From contig CANJNG010000002.1 of assembly GCA_947475205.1 (NCBI GenBank), positions 8,526 through 72,525 on the forward strand: a stretch of DNA of 64,000 bases, in the 5' to 3' direction. This document shows positions 17,321 to 27,515 of this stretch, in pieces (the stretch's first letter is position 1; every line of letters begins with the position of its first letter). The translations under genes and the position numbers were made by a program. The DNA is from Bacteroidota bacterium (GTDB lineage: Bacteria > Bacteroidota > Bacteroidia > JAIBAJ01). The notes beneath the pieces were generated by a model. The model was not told where the DNA came from and made no database searches. It saw nothing but the letters and a program-made list of their open reading frames with translations.

Positions 17321-18619
17321 ATGAAAACAAAACTACTTTTAATCATTATCGGGCTAACAATTTGGACAGCCGGCAAACTATTCTCACAAAGTTGGGTGCC
17401 TGTTGGCACAGGCACAAACAATAGAGTTAGTGCAATGGCCGTTTACAACGGAGAACTTTATGCCGCTGGTTGGCTAACCACCGCAGGTGGCTCTTCTTCA
17501 AACTACATTGCCAAGTGGAACGGTTCAGTTTGGACATCTGTCAGTTCTGGACTTGGTGGTTATGTTAATGCTTTAGCAGTTTACAATGGAGAGCTATATG
17601 CTGGTGGAGAGTTCACAACTATAAGTATAGGCAACCCTGCTTTCTACCTTGCAAAATGGAACGGTTCTTCTTGGGCAGCCTTTGGTGGTGGGACAAGTGG
17701 TGTTGTTAATGCTTTGGCCGTTTATAACAACGAACTTTATATTGGAGGAAATTTTGTCTTTGCAAACGGAATCAATGTTTCCAACTTAGCAAAATGGAAC
17801 GGTTCAGCACTATCTGTATCAGGAATGCCCAACGACTATGTTACCGCCCTGGGCGTTTACAACAACAAACTATTTGTTGGTGGCAATTTCAGTAATGTTG
17901 GCGGAGCAACCGCATTCAATATTGCACAATATGACGGGACGACTTGGTCGTCCGTTGGTTCAGTTACTTGGACAGGTGCACCACTTGTATATGCGTTCGC
18001 TAATTACAACTCTACTCTAAGCGTTGGAGGCTCATTTTACAGTTCTGACAACGTTTCTAACTGGAACGGCACTTCTTGGACAGGATTTGGCACAGGGGTA
18101 GGTAATACCGTATATTCACTGACTACATTCAACAACGAACTTTATGCAGGTGGAACATTTACAACCGCAGGCGGGACAACGGCAAACAAAGTTGCCAAGT
18201 GGAACGGTTCCTCTTGGTCGGCTGTTAGTACAGGAATGAACAATACAGTTTATTCACTTGCTGTTTATAATTCGGAGCTTTATGCGGGTGGAGACTTCAT
18301 TACAGCAAGTGGTATTTCAGCCACATTTATCGCAAAACTATCCTCCACACCGACAGACATCCAACCAAGCACACAAAACGACAATTCATTTAACGTATTC
18401 CCAAATCCTTCAACTGGACAGTTTGTTTTTTCAAGTACAAACTCCACAGCATTTAAAACGATTAAGATTTACAATCTTTCGGGACAAACGATTTATCTGA
18501 ACACCACCCAACAATCTGAAATCTTCGTTGACTTAAACGAACAAACAAAAGGGCTTTACTTTTACAGCATTCAAACCCTTGACGGACACTCAACAAACGG
18601 AAAAATAACAATTCAATAA
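17321..18619 (+). CDS. Secreted repeat protein (Kelch/beta-propeller-like repeats) with T9SS C-terminal sorting domain
   Basis: Signal peptide. About seven repeats of the form AKWNGSxW...VNALAVYNxELYAGGxF. C-terminal VFPNPSTGQFVF...GLYFYSIQTLDGHSTNGKITIQ matches the Por secretion tail pattern. Confidence 0.7.
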   Translation: MKTKLLLIIIGLTIWTAGKLFSQSWVPVGTGTNNRVSAMAVYNGELYAAGWLTTAGGSSSNYIAKWNGSVWTSVSSGLGGYVNALAVYNGELYAGGEFTTISIGNPAFYLAKWNGSSWAAFGGGTSGVVNALAVYNNELYIGGNFVFANGINVSNLAKWNGSALSVSGMPNDYVTALGVYNNKLFVGGNFSNVGGATAFNIAQYDGTTWSSVGSVTWTGAPLVYAFANYNSTLSVGGSFYSSDNVSNWNGTSWTGFGTGVGNTVYSLTTFNNELYAGGTFTTAGGTTANKVAKWNGSSWSAVSTGMNNTVYSLAVYNSELYAGGDFITASGISATFIAKLSSTPTDIQPSTQNDNSFNVFPNPSTGQFVFSSTNSTAFKTIKIYNLSGQTIYLNTTQQSEIFVDLNEQTKGLYFYSIQTLDGHSTNGKITIQ

Positions 18620-18972
18620 AACTTCACTGCTAAACCACACCGACAATGCTACGAACGAACGAAGCCCGAACGCCTAACAAAAGATATACGAGAGCCGCCC
18701 GTGCTTCGACCGACAGGTTGGTGCTTAATTTGCAAGTTCGGTGCTTCGGTGGAAGTTCGGTGGGAGGCGGCCCTCGCATATCTTTGAACCGTTAGCACTC
18801 GCCTTCCAATAAAAATAAAGATACCTAGCCCTGCCGAAGCCTAGCCCTTTGCCGGGGAATATTGCTTGTGGTTTGTATAGCATATGATCGAAGTGGAGAT
18901 TTTTCTGCTTTATTAAAATTACAAGGGTTATGCATTAATCCAATAATTTTATCCCCTTAATTAACATAGCCA

Positions 18973-19992
18973 ATGAAAGCCCTCTATCTCACCCGTTTCG
19001 GAAAGGCCGATACTTCGTTTGAACTTCGCGATGTAGCCGACCCCATTATTAACTCCGATGAAGTAGTGGTTTCTGCCGAAGGTTTCGGAATAAACTATGC
19101 CGATATTATGGCTCGATTGGGATTGTATCAAGATTGTCCGCCCCTGCCTGCCTTGCTTGGCTACGAGGTGGTGGGCACGGTGGAGAAGATTGGAAAGGAT
19201 GTGAAAAGGTTAAGCGTTGGCGACAGAGTGGTGGCTTTTACCCGTTTTGGCGGCTACGGCCAAAAGGCAAAAGCCTTAGAAGTGGCTTGCGTAAAAATAA
19301 GCAACACTGTCCCATTGGCCGAAGCCACCGCCCTAGCAACTCAATATTGCACGGCTTACTATGCTTCTCAAATCTCTACCCGGCTTTTCCCCGGCGACCA
19401 CGTTTTGATTCAGGCTGCTGCCGGAGGAGTGGGTACAGCCTTGGTGCAATTGGCTAAGTTAGCCGGAAGCACCGTGTATGGCACTTGCGGATCCGACGAA
19501 AAATGCAAATACCTAAAAGAGCAAGGAGTTGATTACCCCATTAATTACAACACCTCCGATTTTGCGGTAAAGATTCGTGAAATAAGGGAAGGCAAGGGAG
19601 TTGATGTGGTGTTCGACAGTTTAGGCGGTGTAACCTTTGGCAAAGGCTTTAAATTACTTAACCCCGGCGGACGCATCATAGGTTTCGGAGCTGCCGAAAA
19701 CAGCACTCGAAATCCCATTAATTTAATAAAACTACTTTTCGGATTCGGATTTCACAATCCGGCCTTCCTATTAATGCAAAGCCGAAGCATTACGGGTTTA
19801 AATATGCTTAGAGTTGCCGACCACCGTCAGGATTTGCTTCAATTTTGTTTAGAAAATGTGGTGAAACTTTATGAGGAAGGCAAAATTAAACCCGTTGCCG
19901 GCCGAACCTTTAAAGCCACTGAATTGGCCGCTGCTCATGAGTTTGTGCAAAGCCGAAAATCAGTAGGCAAGGTGGCAGTGAGTTGGGAATGA
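18973..19992 (+). CDS. NADPH:quinone oxidoreductase / zinc-binding dehydrogenase family (MDR)
   Basis: MKALYLTRFGKADTSFELRDVADPI...FGINYADIMARLGLYQDCPPLPALLGYEVVG and AAAGGVGTALVQLAKLAG Rossmann motif. Confidence 0.75.
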   Translation: MKALYLTRFGKADTSFELRDVADPIINSDEVVVSAEGFGINYADIMARLGLYQDCPPLPALLGYEVVGTVEKIGKDVKRLSVGDRVVAFTRFGGYGQKAKALEVACVKISNTVPLAEATALATQYCTAYYASQISTRLFPGDHVLIQAAAGGVGTALVQLAKLAGSTVYGTCGSDEKCKYLKEQGVDYPINYNTSDFAVKIREIREGKGVDVVFDSLGGVTFGKGFKLLNPGGRIIGFGAAENSTRNPINLIKLLFGFGFHNPAFLLMQSRSITGLNMLRVADHRQDLLQFCLENVVKLYEEGKIKPVAGRTFKATELAAAHEFVQSRKSVGKVAVSWE

Positions 19993-20121
19993 GCGAAAAG
20001 TATTGAGTATAGAGAACTGAGTATTGGGTAGTTTTCGGACTCAACTCCTTAACTAAATGCCCCCTAATTTCGAACCATACACCCTATCAAAATCTCCTAC
20101 CTTTGAAACGCTTTTGATTTT

Positions 20122-22362
20122 ATGAAAACAACTATCACACAAAGACTCAAATTTCCCGTCTCAATACTCATTACCCTCTACTCTCTACTCTCTACTGCCT
20201 CCGCTCAACCCTTCTTTCAGTATTCTGATAGCGTTCCCGTAACCATTGGCACCACCACCTTAAACAATGCTTGGGCTGGTGGATTGAACTTTTCGCAGTT
20301 TTCGGAAATAGATTTAAACCACGACAGCAAAAAGGATTTGGTGGTGTTCGACCGCAGTGGAAACAGAGTGAACACCTTTATTAATGATGGAAGTGCTGGA
20401 TTAAGCAAATATCGTTACGCTCCGTTTTATAGCTATTATATGCCACGCTTGAAAAGTTGGGCTCTGTTTCGCGACTACAACAAGGATGGCAAGGAAGATA
20501 TTTTCACCTATAAAGTGGGTGCAGGAGCAATGAGCGTTTATAAGAACATCACCGAAAACGATACCCCTAAGTTTGAGTTGACGATAAATATTTTATATTC
20601 GGATTACTTGCCTAATATGCTGAATCTATATGTAAATCCTGTGGATATTCCCACCATTGATGATATTGATGGCGACGGCGATTTAGATATATGCACCTTC
20701 AACATTTTGGGTGGATTTATGGAAGAACACGTTAATTTAAGCATGGAAACCTACGGTACTTGCGATAGCCTAAAGTTTAGACTTAAAACTTCGTGTTGGG
20801 GACGGTTTATGGAAAACTCCACAAGCAATTCAGTACTCTTCGACACCTGTAGCTATCTTGGGTTTAGCCAAGTGCCTTGGGATGAAATTCCGCCAACATT
20901 TCGCCACACGGGTAGCACCTCGTTTACTTTAGATATGAATAATGATGGGGTGAAAGAAATGGTACTGGGAGATGTGTCGTTCAATAATTTCACCTTATTA
21001 AACAACGATGGAACAGCCGATACAGCTCATATCTTTAGCCAAAGTGCAGCATTTCCCGCTGGCACTCCGCTCAACTTGGAGGTGTTTCCTGCCGGGTTTT
21101 ATTTAGATGTAGATAACGATGGGGCGAAAGATTTATTAGCCAGCCCAAACGTGGGTTCCTTGGGAGCAAATGTGGAGAATAACTGGTATTATAAAAACAC
21201 GGGGCAAACCAATCTTCCTACGCTCGAATTTCAAACCAAATCATTTTTAAATGGCGAGATGATTGAAGTTGGCGAAGGTGCATACCCCGTTTTGGTTGAT
21301 TTGAACCAAGACAATTTAATGGATTTAGTAGTGGGAAACCGTGGTGTAAAAACCACAGGAACTAACTATGTTGGAAAAATAGCTATGTATCAGAATATAG
21401 GAACAGCTACTCAACCTGCCTTCAAAAGAATAACTGATAACATAGGAAATATTGGCTCAGAGAATTTGTTTAACCCCTATCCTGCCTTTGCCGACCTCGA
21501 TGGGGATGGTGATATGGATATGCTGGTTGGAAAATACAATGGGAAATTTGATTTCTATCAAAATGCCTCTCCTCCCAATAGTTTACCCACCTTCACTTTG
21601 GCTCAGGCAGATTACCAAAACCTATCTGTGGGGAATAACTCCTTTTCTGCTCCTCAGTTTTTCGATGTGGATAAAGATGGACTTGTTGATTTAATAGTGG
21701 GCGAATACAATGGCAATATCAATTATTTTAGAAATACCGGAACGGCCACAAGTCCTGTGTTTACGTTGCAAACCGACTTCTTTGGGCAGGTTAAAACCAC
21801 CAGCAATGTAAGTAATTTAGGATACAGCACCCCTTGTATGTATCGTTTCAATGGCGAAACCCGCCTTTTTTGTGGCAGCGAAGACGGCACTATATTTTAT
21901 TACGATAGCATTGATGGCAATTTGGGTGGGAAGTTCCGTTTCAGCAGCACCAATTATCAAGGCATAGATGAAGGTGGCCGCACCGCTATGACTATGGCTG
22001 ACCTCAATGCTGATTCGCTACCCGAACTCATAGTGGGCAACTATGCCGGAGGAGTGGTTTACTACCAAGGCACAAACCACGACCCCGGTATTCCCTTTGC
22101 CATAGCTCCCAGAAATTCAGTTTTTGAAAAAGCTAAACTATATCCCAACCCCGCCAATGAATTTATTACCATTTCGTTTCCTGCTTCAGTAAACGGGTTT
22201 AGCTATTCTTTGCTTGATATTTCAGGAAGGGAGGTCTTGAAAGGATTAGCTGTTACTAACAAAACCGATATACTGCTCACTAATCTTCAAATTGGCCTTT
22301 ACACCTTGAGGCTACAATTGAATGAAGATATAAAGAATTATAAGGTGGTAGTGAATAGGTAA
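20122..22362 (+). CDS. FG-GAP repeat protein with T9SS C-terminal sorting domain
   Basis: Signal peptide. Recurring DxDGDGDxDxxVG motifs (DIDGDGDLDI, DLDGDGDMDMLVGK, DVDKDGLVDLIVGE, DLNADSLPELIVGN). C-terminal KLYPNPANEFITISF...YTLRLQL...YKVVVNR tail. Confidence 0.7.
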   Translation: MKTTITQRLKFPVSILITLYSLLSTASAQPFFQYSDSVPVTIGTTTLNNAWAGGLNFSQFSEIDLNHDSKKDLVVFDRSGNRVNTFINDGSAGLSKYRYAPFYSYYMPRLKSWALFRDYNKDGKEDIFTYKVGAGAMSVYKNITENDTPKFELTINILYSDYLPNMLNLYVNPVDIPTIDDIDGDGDLDICTFNILGGFMEEHVNLSMETYGTCDSLKFRLKTSCWGRFMENSTSNSVLFDTCSYLGFSQVPWDEIPPTFRHTGSTSFTLDMNNDGVKEMVLGDVSFNNFTLLNNDGTADTAHIFSQSAAFPAGTPLNLEVFPAGFYLDVDNDGAKDLLASPNVGSLGANVENNWYYKNTGQTNLPTLEFQTKSFLNGEMIEVGEGAYPVLVDLNQDNLMDLVVGNRGVKTTGTNYVGKIAMYQNIGTATQPAFKRITDNIGNIGSENLFNPYPAFADLDGDGDMDMLVGKYNGKFDFYQNASPPNSLPTFTLAQADYQNLSVGNNSFSAPQFFDVDKDGLVDLIVGEYNGNINYFRNTGTATSPVFTLQTDFFGQVKTTSNVSNLGYSTPCMYRFNGETRLFCGSEDGTIFYYDSIDGNLGGKFRFSSTNYQGIDEGGRTAMTMADLNADSLPELIVGNYAGGVVYYQGTNHDPGIPFAIAPRNSVFEKAKLYPNPANEFITISFPASVNGFSYSLLDISGREVLKGLAVTNKTDILLTNLQIGLYTLRLQLNEDIKNYKVVVNR

Positions 22363-22367
22363 GAGCG

Positions 22368-22772
22368 TTATATCCCGCTCCAATCCTCAACCACCAAACT
22401 CGAAATCCTGCCAAAATAATCGGCTTGGCGGGTAATGAGTTTAAAGTTGTTTTCCATACAAATAGCTGCAATCAAAATGCTAATGTCATCGAAAGGGTTT
22501 TTCAGACTTTTAGCAATAGAATACAACCCGGCAGCAATCTCAATACTATTAACCGTTAGCGGAATAATGTTGTTGTAACGTGATAGTTCCGTAAAGTCGT
22601 TAAGTTGCTTTATGGCTTTGTTATCGTTGAGCGTTTCCGTAATTTCATCGTAAGAAAGCACACTGAAATTCAGTTTTCCATAATCATTCAAATAGGATTT
22701 GAACTTAGCCTCTACAGTTTTATTGCCCTTTAGGTAAAGGAAGAGAATGTCGGTATCGATGAGGGCTTCCAT
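22368..22772 (-). CDS. PIN-domain protein, VapC-like toxin candidate
   Basis: 134 aa. N-terminal LIDTDILFLYLKG gives the first acidic PIN residues, with further conserved acidic positions downstream. Start overlaps the stop of the upstream small ORF. Confidence 0.5.
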   Translation of the reverse strand: MEALIDTDILFLYLKGNKTVEAKFKSYLNDYGKLNFSVLSYDEITETLNDNKAIKQLNDFTELSRYNNIIPLTVNSIEIAAGLYSIAKSLKNPFDDISILIAAICMENNFKLITRQADYFGRISSLVVEDWSGI

Positions 22773-23002
22773 TATAGTTTCTTCGTTTTTCGTTTGGTAT
22801 AAATCTCCCTCAGAACTGATGTAAACACCAAATCAGGAATTCCTTTCCACACGCCCGATAAAGCTAAATTACGCTGCTTAGCCGTTTGCATGTCATCTTC
22901 CAAATCTAAGCCTAACCAATTGTATAGCTTTTCCAGTTCGGCTTGGTCGAGGCTGTCTATTTTACGCACAACCTTCCTTTTCATTACATTATCTATGGCC
23001 AT
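22772..23002 (-). CDS. Small protein, putative antitoxin partner of the PIN protein
   Basis: 76 aa ORF immediately upstream of and overlapping the PIN gene, in typical TA operon geometry. Its 5' end overlaps miaA by 14 nt. No clear fold recognised. Confidence 0.3.
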   Translation of the reverse strand: MAIDNVMKRKVVRKIDSLDQAELEKLYNWLGLDLEDDMQTAKQRNLALSGVWKGIPDLVFTSVLREIYTKRKTKKL

Positions 23003-23885
23003 CGAGAATAGTTTTAGTCATTGTTTCTATGTCGGAAGGTAGCAGCCATGTTGGATCAAATTGATGCCTTACCCAAGTGAGTTGTCGTTTGGCAAAATTA
23101 CGAGTATGTTGTTTAATTTTCAACACCGCTTCGTCTAAACTTATCTCACCCCGAAAATGAGCAAACAGTTCTTTATAACCTACCGTATTTAAAGGATTCA
23201 AGCCTGCAAACGGAAACAGGGCTTCAGCTTCTTGCAGAAATCCATCCTGCATCATGGCATCAGTCCGCTCCTCAATACGACTATAAAGCACATCTCGTGG
23301 CCAATCAACCGCAAATATTTTATAATCAAAATCGGGTTTAAAGGGCTTTTCTTTTTGAAAGGAAGTAAATGTCTTTTGCGTAGATAGGCAAACTTCCAAA
23401 GCCCTGATAACCCGTTGCGGATTATGAATATCTACCTTCTCAAAATATTCTGGATCTTTCTCTTTCAGCAGATGTTGCAAAGCTTCAATGCCTTCGGTTT
23501 CCAACATAGTGTTTAGTTTAGTCCGAACTTCTTCATCTATATCTGGAAATTCATTCATTCCCTCCAACAAAGCTTTTATGTAAAGTCCCGACCCACCCAC
23601 CATAACGGCAGTCTTCTTTTTTAGGAATAATTCCTTGAGCAAGGCATTACTTTGTGAAGCAAAATCGCCCGCACTAAAGGGCTGATGAATATCCAAAGAA
23701 GCAATAAAATGATGTTTTACTTCTCTTAGCTGCTTTTCAGACGGTTGTGCTGAGCCAATTTCCAAACCTTTATATATCTGTCGGCTATCGGCTGAGATAA
23801 TCTCAGTATCTAAGGCTTTAGCTACTGCAATACCTAAATCTGTTTTACCGCTTGCAGTGGGACCGGTGATAACAATGAGGCTCAA
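22989..23885 (-). CDS. miaA: tRNA dimethylallyltransferase
   Basis: MSLIVITGPTASGKTDLGIAVAKALDTEIISADSRQIYKGLEIGSAQP (P-loop plus MiaA N-terminal signature). Confidence 0.85.
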   Translation of the reverse strand: MSLIVITGPTASGKTDLGIAVAKALDTEIISADSRQIYKGLEIGSAQPSEKQLREVKHHFIASLDIHQPFSAGDFASQSNALLKELFLKKKTAVMVGGSGLYIKALLEGMNEFPDIDEEVRTKLNTMLETEGIEALQHLLKEKDPEYFEKVDIHNPQRVIRALEVCLSTQKTFTSFQKEKPFKPDFDYKIFAVDWPRDVLYSRIEERTDAMMQDGFLQEAEALFPFAGLNPLNTVGYKELFAHFRGEISLDEAVLKIKQHTRNFAKRQLTWVRHQFDPTWLLPSDIETMTKTILDGHR

Positions 23886-23964
23886 ATCAGGTTAATGAAA
23901 TAAAAAATGGGCAATTTCTAAATTAACAGAAATTGCCCATTTAGTGGAAAAGCAAAAATTAAAT

Positions 23965-24636
23965 TTATCTCAATCGTGAAGGTAATTCAGTAACAAGTGG
24001 TTCATATTTTCTTAATACCCTGTCCCACTCTTTGAATGATTGGTCATCTTTAGAACTAACACCAGGAATTTTTGAATATTCACTAACCAATTTCATTTTA
24101 TATGATAGAGGGTTTTTATCTCCCAACTTAATAATCAAACGGGTGCGAATTGTAGCTTGTGTGAAGTTTTGCACCGACCAAGCTGTACGTAGATATCCAG
24201 TTGATTTATCCGTAACTTCAATAACATCAATATATGAAAGTATAACTCGATTAATTAGCAGCCAAGCATCATCTTCATTTTTAGTGGTTTTTAACTCAAG
24301 GTCAAGGTTTGCTACATCTGTTTTTGTAGATGCTTCATAAGCATCATCAACACGCATTTTGAAGTGATATGTTTTAGGTGGCTCAGGATTGTTGGGTTTA
24401 TTGTAAAACTGCATTTTCTCGGTCAAGAAGCCTACCTTAACACATTCAACAGTAACATCGGTGTAGGCGGGCATTACAATTAGAGCTTTCCCCTTACCCA
24501 TTAATTGTCCGTTTGCAAATATTTCTGCATCGTTTTCTGAGCAGCTAACGTTTATTTTCTTTGTCCCTGCAAATACTGCTGAACTTGCAGATAGGAAAAG
24601 AATAAAGATAAGCACTTTCTTTTGAATGTCTTTCAT
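23965..24636 (-). CDS. Secreted hypothetical protein
   Basis: N-terminal signal peptide (MKDIQKKVLIFILFLSASSAVFA). No catalytic motifs. Confidence 0.35.
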   Translation of the reverse strand: MKDIQKKVLIFILFLSASSAVFAGTKKINVSCSENDAEIFANGQLMGKGKALIVMPAYTDVTVECVKVGFLTEKMQFYNKPNNPEPPKTYHFKMRVDDAYEASTKTDVANLDLELKTTKNEDDAWLLINRVILSYIDVIEVTDKSTGYLRTAWSVQNFTQATIRTRLIIKLGDKNPLSYKMKLVSEYSKIPGVSSKDDQSFKEWDRVLRKYEPLVTELPSRLR

Positions 24637-24774
24637 TTTGTTTTGTTAATTTTTGATATGTATATTAGGCTACAAATGTAAAGTATAGCAACAAATTAGC
24701 TAATTTATTTTGATATTACTTTTAACACAACAGACTGTTGCTATCACATAAGTATATTTGTATTCAATGCACAA

Positions 24775-25275
24775 CTACTTCTTAAAAATCGGCATCGTGC
24801 TACACGCCTCGCCATACATTAATGATTTAGCAACCGGACGAAGCAAAGTAGTGAGTTCAAGATAAGCAGATGGAGGAACAGGATATTTACTGCATCCTTT
24901 TATGATGATACGTTTATCTTCAAAGGGCTTAACATCGATAGTCTGCAAAGCATCGTGGAAGATAGTTTCTTCTAATTTATTCAAATCGCCAAACACAACT
25001 TTAAAAGCAAAGGGCTGAAGTGCAGAAGCCACCAACATATAAGCCCATACAGGAATTATGGCGTCGGCAGTACAATTTACGGCAACATACTTTCCTTGAT
25101 AATCGGCCCAATTGTTTGCTTTTACAAAGTTCCTAAAATCGGTTTCTTTTAATATCAAACCTTGCCAAAGCTGGTCTTTCAAATCAAAAAGCACCCGCTG
25201 GGCTTTAGGGTAATAGTCTTCCAGATTAAAATCTATCAGTCCACTTTGTTCTACTTTGTTGATGATGGCTTCCAT
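24775..25275 (-). CDS. Conserved hypothetical protein (resembles Bacteroidetes DUF2480-type proteins)
   Basis: 166 aa soluble ORF. Assignment by recollection of family appearance only. Confidence 0.35.
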   Translation of the reverse strand: MEAIINKVEQSGLIDFNLEDYYPKAQRVLFDLKDQLWQGLILKETDFRNFVKANNWADYQGKYVAVNCTADAIIPVWAYMLVASALQPFAFKVVFGDLNKLEETIFHDALQTIDVKPFEDKRIIIKGCSKYPVPPSAYLELTTLLRPVAKSLMYGEACSTMPIFKK

Positions 25276-25411
25276 TTTTAGTAATGAGTATAGAGTAATG
25301 GGTAGTGTGTATAGAGTAGTCAGGATTAGGTATTAAGTAGAGTGTATTATGTGAAGAGAACCATCTGGCGGTAGCCATCACATTACTCTTTACTCAATAC
25401 TCATTACTTCC
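25276..25411. repeat. Palindromic intergenic element, second copy (arms AGTAATGAGTATAGAGTAATGGGTAG / ATTACTCTTTACTCAATACTCATTACT, core CCATCTGGCGGTAGCC) with about 50-nt internal insertion
   Basis: Shares both arm sequence and core with the element at 16263-16370. Confidence 0.7.
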
Positions 25412-26743
25412 CTAAAACTTCTCAGCAACAAACCTGTATAGGTCGTTACCATTGGCATAAAGCATTAATCCGAAAAGAAGCATCATACCTGTGTATTGGG
25501 CATATTCCATAAATTTCTCGTTAGGTTTGCGACGAGTAATCATTTCATAAAGCAAGAATATTACGTGGCCACCGTCCAATGCAGGGATAGGTAAGATGTT
25601 CATAATAGCCAGTACAACAGAGAAAAATGCTGTGATATTCCAAAAATGCTCCCAATCCCAAGTTGGTGAAAACAGGCCACCCATACGGCCAAAACCTCCA
25701 ACACTTTCGTAGCCTTTAACAGTAGGTGAGAAAATGAGTTTAAACTGTTTCAGATAATTCTCAAAGGTAGAATAGGCTTTCTCCAAGCCCTTTGGAAACG
25801 ATTCGAGTAAAGAATATTGCGTGACCTGATAAGGGAAATAGTGGTTGGCACTTGCACGAATTATACCCAGCATTCCCGTTTCAGGAAGGTGGAATTTAAT
25901 GTCAGTAAATGCATTTCCTCGTTGAACTGTGAGGGTAATATCTTTATCTTTATTGGCCAGCAATTGAGTACGAGCCTCATCAAAATATTCTGTTTTAACA
26001 CCGTTAATGGCCACCACTTTATCGTCAATTTTTACGCCAGCTTTTTTGGCCACCGAGCCTGGGGCAAAGTCGCAAATAGTAAATGGAATTCGGGGCGAAA
26101 TGAAGTTTTGTGCTTTTATCATGGCGGCTCTGTAGTCATCTTTCAGGTTTATTTCGAGCGGTTCGTTGTTACGAATTACCTGAATAGTTTGGGCTTCATT
26201 CAGCAGAATTTCTTTGTAAACATCGGTAAAACTCCTAACCGGAACTTTTTGCACCGAAACAATTTTGTCGCCATTTTGCAATCCCATTTTAAGACCAATG
26301 CTATCTTCCACCATAATACCGTATTTGGCATTTGCTAATGGCAAATAGGTCTCGCCGTAGTAAAACATAATTCCGGCATAAATTATGACACCCAAAATTG
26401 CGTTCACTGTTACGCCTCCAATCATAATTACCAGGCGTTGCCAAGCCGGTTTCGACCTGAATTCCCAAGGTTCGGGTTCACGATTAAGAAACTCTTTGTC
26501 GTTGCTTTCGTCAATCATTCCAGCTATTTTTACATAGCCACCCAATGGAATCCAGCCTATACCGTATTCGGTGTCGCCGCGTTTGATTTTAAATAAAGAA
26601 AAGTAGGGGTCGAAGAACAAGTAAAACTTTTCAACTCGGGTTTTGAACCACTTAGCAGGCAAAAAGTGACCAAGCTCGTGCAATACTATCAGGAAAGAAA
26701 GGCTAAGTATAAGCTGAGCGGCCTTGATGAAAAATTCGGACAT
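25412..26743 (-). CDS. rseP: RIP metalloprotease RseP (site-2 protease, M50 family) with PDZ domain
   Basis: LIVLHELGHFLPAKWF (HExxH in first TM), PDZ-like middle region, and C-terminal LDGG-type motif (ALDGGHVIFLLYE). Confidence 0.85.
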   Translation of the reverse strand: MSEFFIKAAQLILSLSFLIVLHELGHFLPAKWFKTRVEKFYLFFDPYFSLFKIKRGDTEYGIGWIPLGGYVKIAGMIDESNDKEFLNREPEPWEFRSKPAWQRLVIMIGGVTVNAILGVIIYAGIMFYYGETYLPLANAKYGIMVEDSIGLKMGLQNGDKIVSVQKVPVRSFTDVYKEILLNEAQTIQVIRNNEPLEINLKDDYRAAMIKAQNFISPRIPFTICDFAPGSVAKKAGVKIDDKVVAINGVKTEYFDEARTQLLANKDKDITLTVQRGNAFTDIKFHLPETGMLGIIRASANHYFPYQVTQYSLLESFPKGLEKAYSTFENYLKQFKLIFSPTVKGYESVGGFGRMGGLFSPTWDWEHFWNITAFFSVVLAIMNILPIPALDGGHVIFLLYEMITRRKPNEKFMEYAQYTGMMLLFGLMLYANGNDLYRFVAEKF

Positions 26744-26871
26744 TTAATAAAATAATGGAGGCAAAGATAAAACGAGAATGGGATGGGGCAAAAGTTAACA
26801 TTTAATAATAGAAGTTTTAGACGAAAAACAAATCTACAACAATTTGAAATAAATTTTGTTACTTCGCTCAA

Positions 26872-27453
26872 ATGTTCATTCCCAAAACATATACTTACCT
26901 ATTCCTTAGCAGTGCGGCCTTTACCCTTGCCTCATGTCGAAATAATGTAATTGAAAAGTTAGAGCAAAAGAAGTTTTTCAGCCTCAAAACCTATTTTGAA
27001 ACCGAAGCAGTACGCTTGGATAAATCAAAATTGCTGGTGGCAAAAAAAGTGTCGGAAAACGGCAAAACAGAATCTAAGACCTTAACAGATGTAAAATGGG
27101 CGGAGGAATTAGCTTTCGTGGGCGAATCGGATATTAACCGCATAGCCTGGGTTGATAAATATTCTGTTGATACGGTTTCGTTTGATGACAATAACTTGGT
27201 AACTTATGTTGCCTTAGACGAAAATCTTGCCGTGAAACGAGTGGCCCTAACCTTTAATAAAGAAACAAACGAATGTTTATCGGTTTCGGTAGAGAAAGGC
27301 ACGGATAACTTCCTGTATTCATCGTGGCAGAAAATATTTTACACTCCCGGCAATCAATTAAACATATATGGACACCTTAGTGTAAGGTGGTTGTTTGAGA
27401 AAGATTATGCTACCGATTTTGTGATAGTGCAAACGGAGGAGTTAGATAACTGA
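26872..27453 (+). CDS. Hypothetical lipoprotein
   Basis: Lipobox-like N-terminus (AAFTLASCRNN). Confidence 0.35.
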   Translation: MFIPKTYTYLFLSSAAFTLASCRNNVIEKLEQKKFFSLKTYFETEAVRLDKSKLLVAKKVSENGKTESKTLTDVKWAEELAFVGESDINRIAWVDKYSVDTVSFDDNNLVTYVALDENLAVKRVALTFNKETNECLSVSVEKGTDNFLYSSWQKIFYTPGNQLNIYGHLSVRWLFEKDYATDFVIVQTEELDN

Positions 27454-27515
27454 GTATTTTAAATTTTCTTTTTCAATTATCCTGTGAAGACAAATATCGG
27501 GTTTTTAGAAAAAAT

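Noticed and set aside
17321-22362. Two T9SS C-terminal-domain cargo proteins as a possible secretion system locus
   Set aside because: Only cargo, beta-propeller and FG-GAP repeat proteins with sorting tails, are present. No T9SS machinery genes are in the window.
25817-26338. 173-aa antisense ORF inside rseP, and similar antisense ORFs inside the fadB-like gene (52487-53144) and the LysM gene (42140-43085)
   Set aside because: Located entirely within strongly supported genes on the opposite strand. No motifs.
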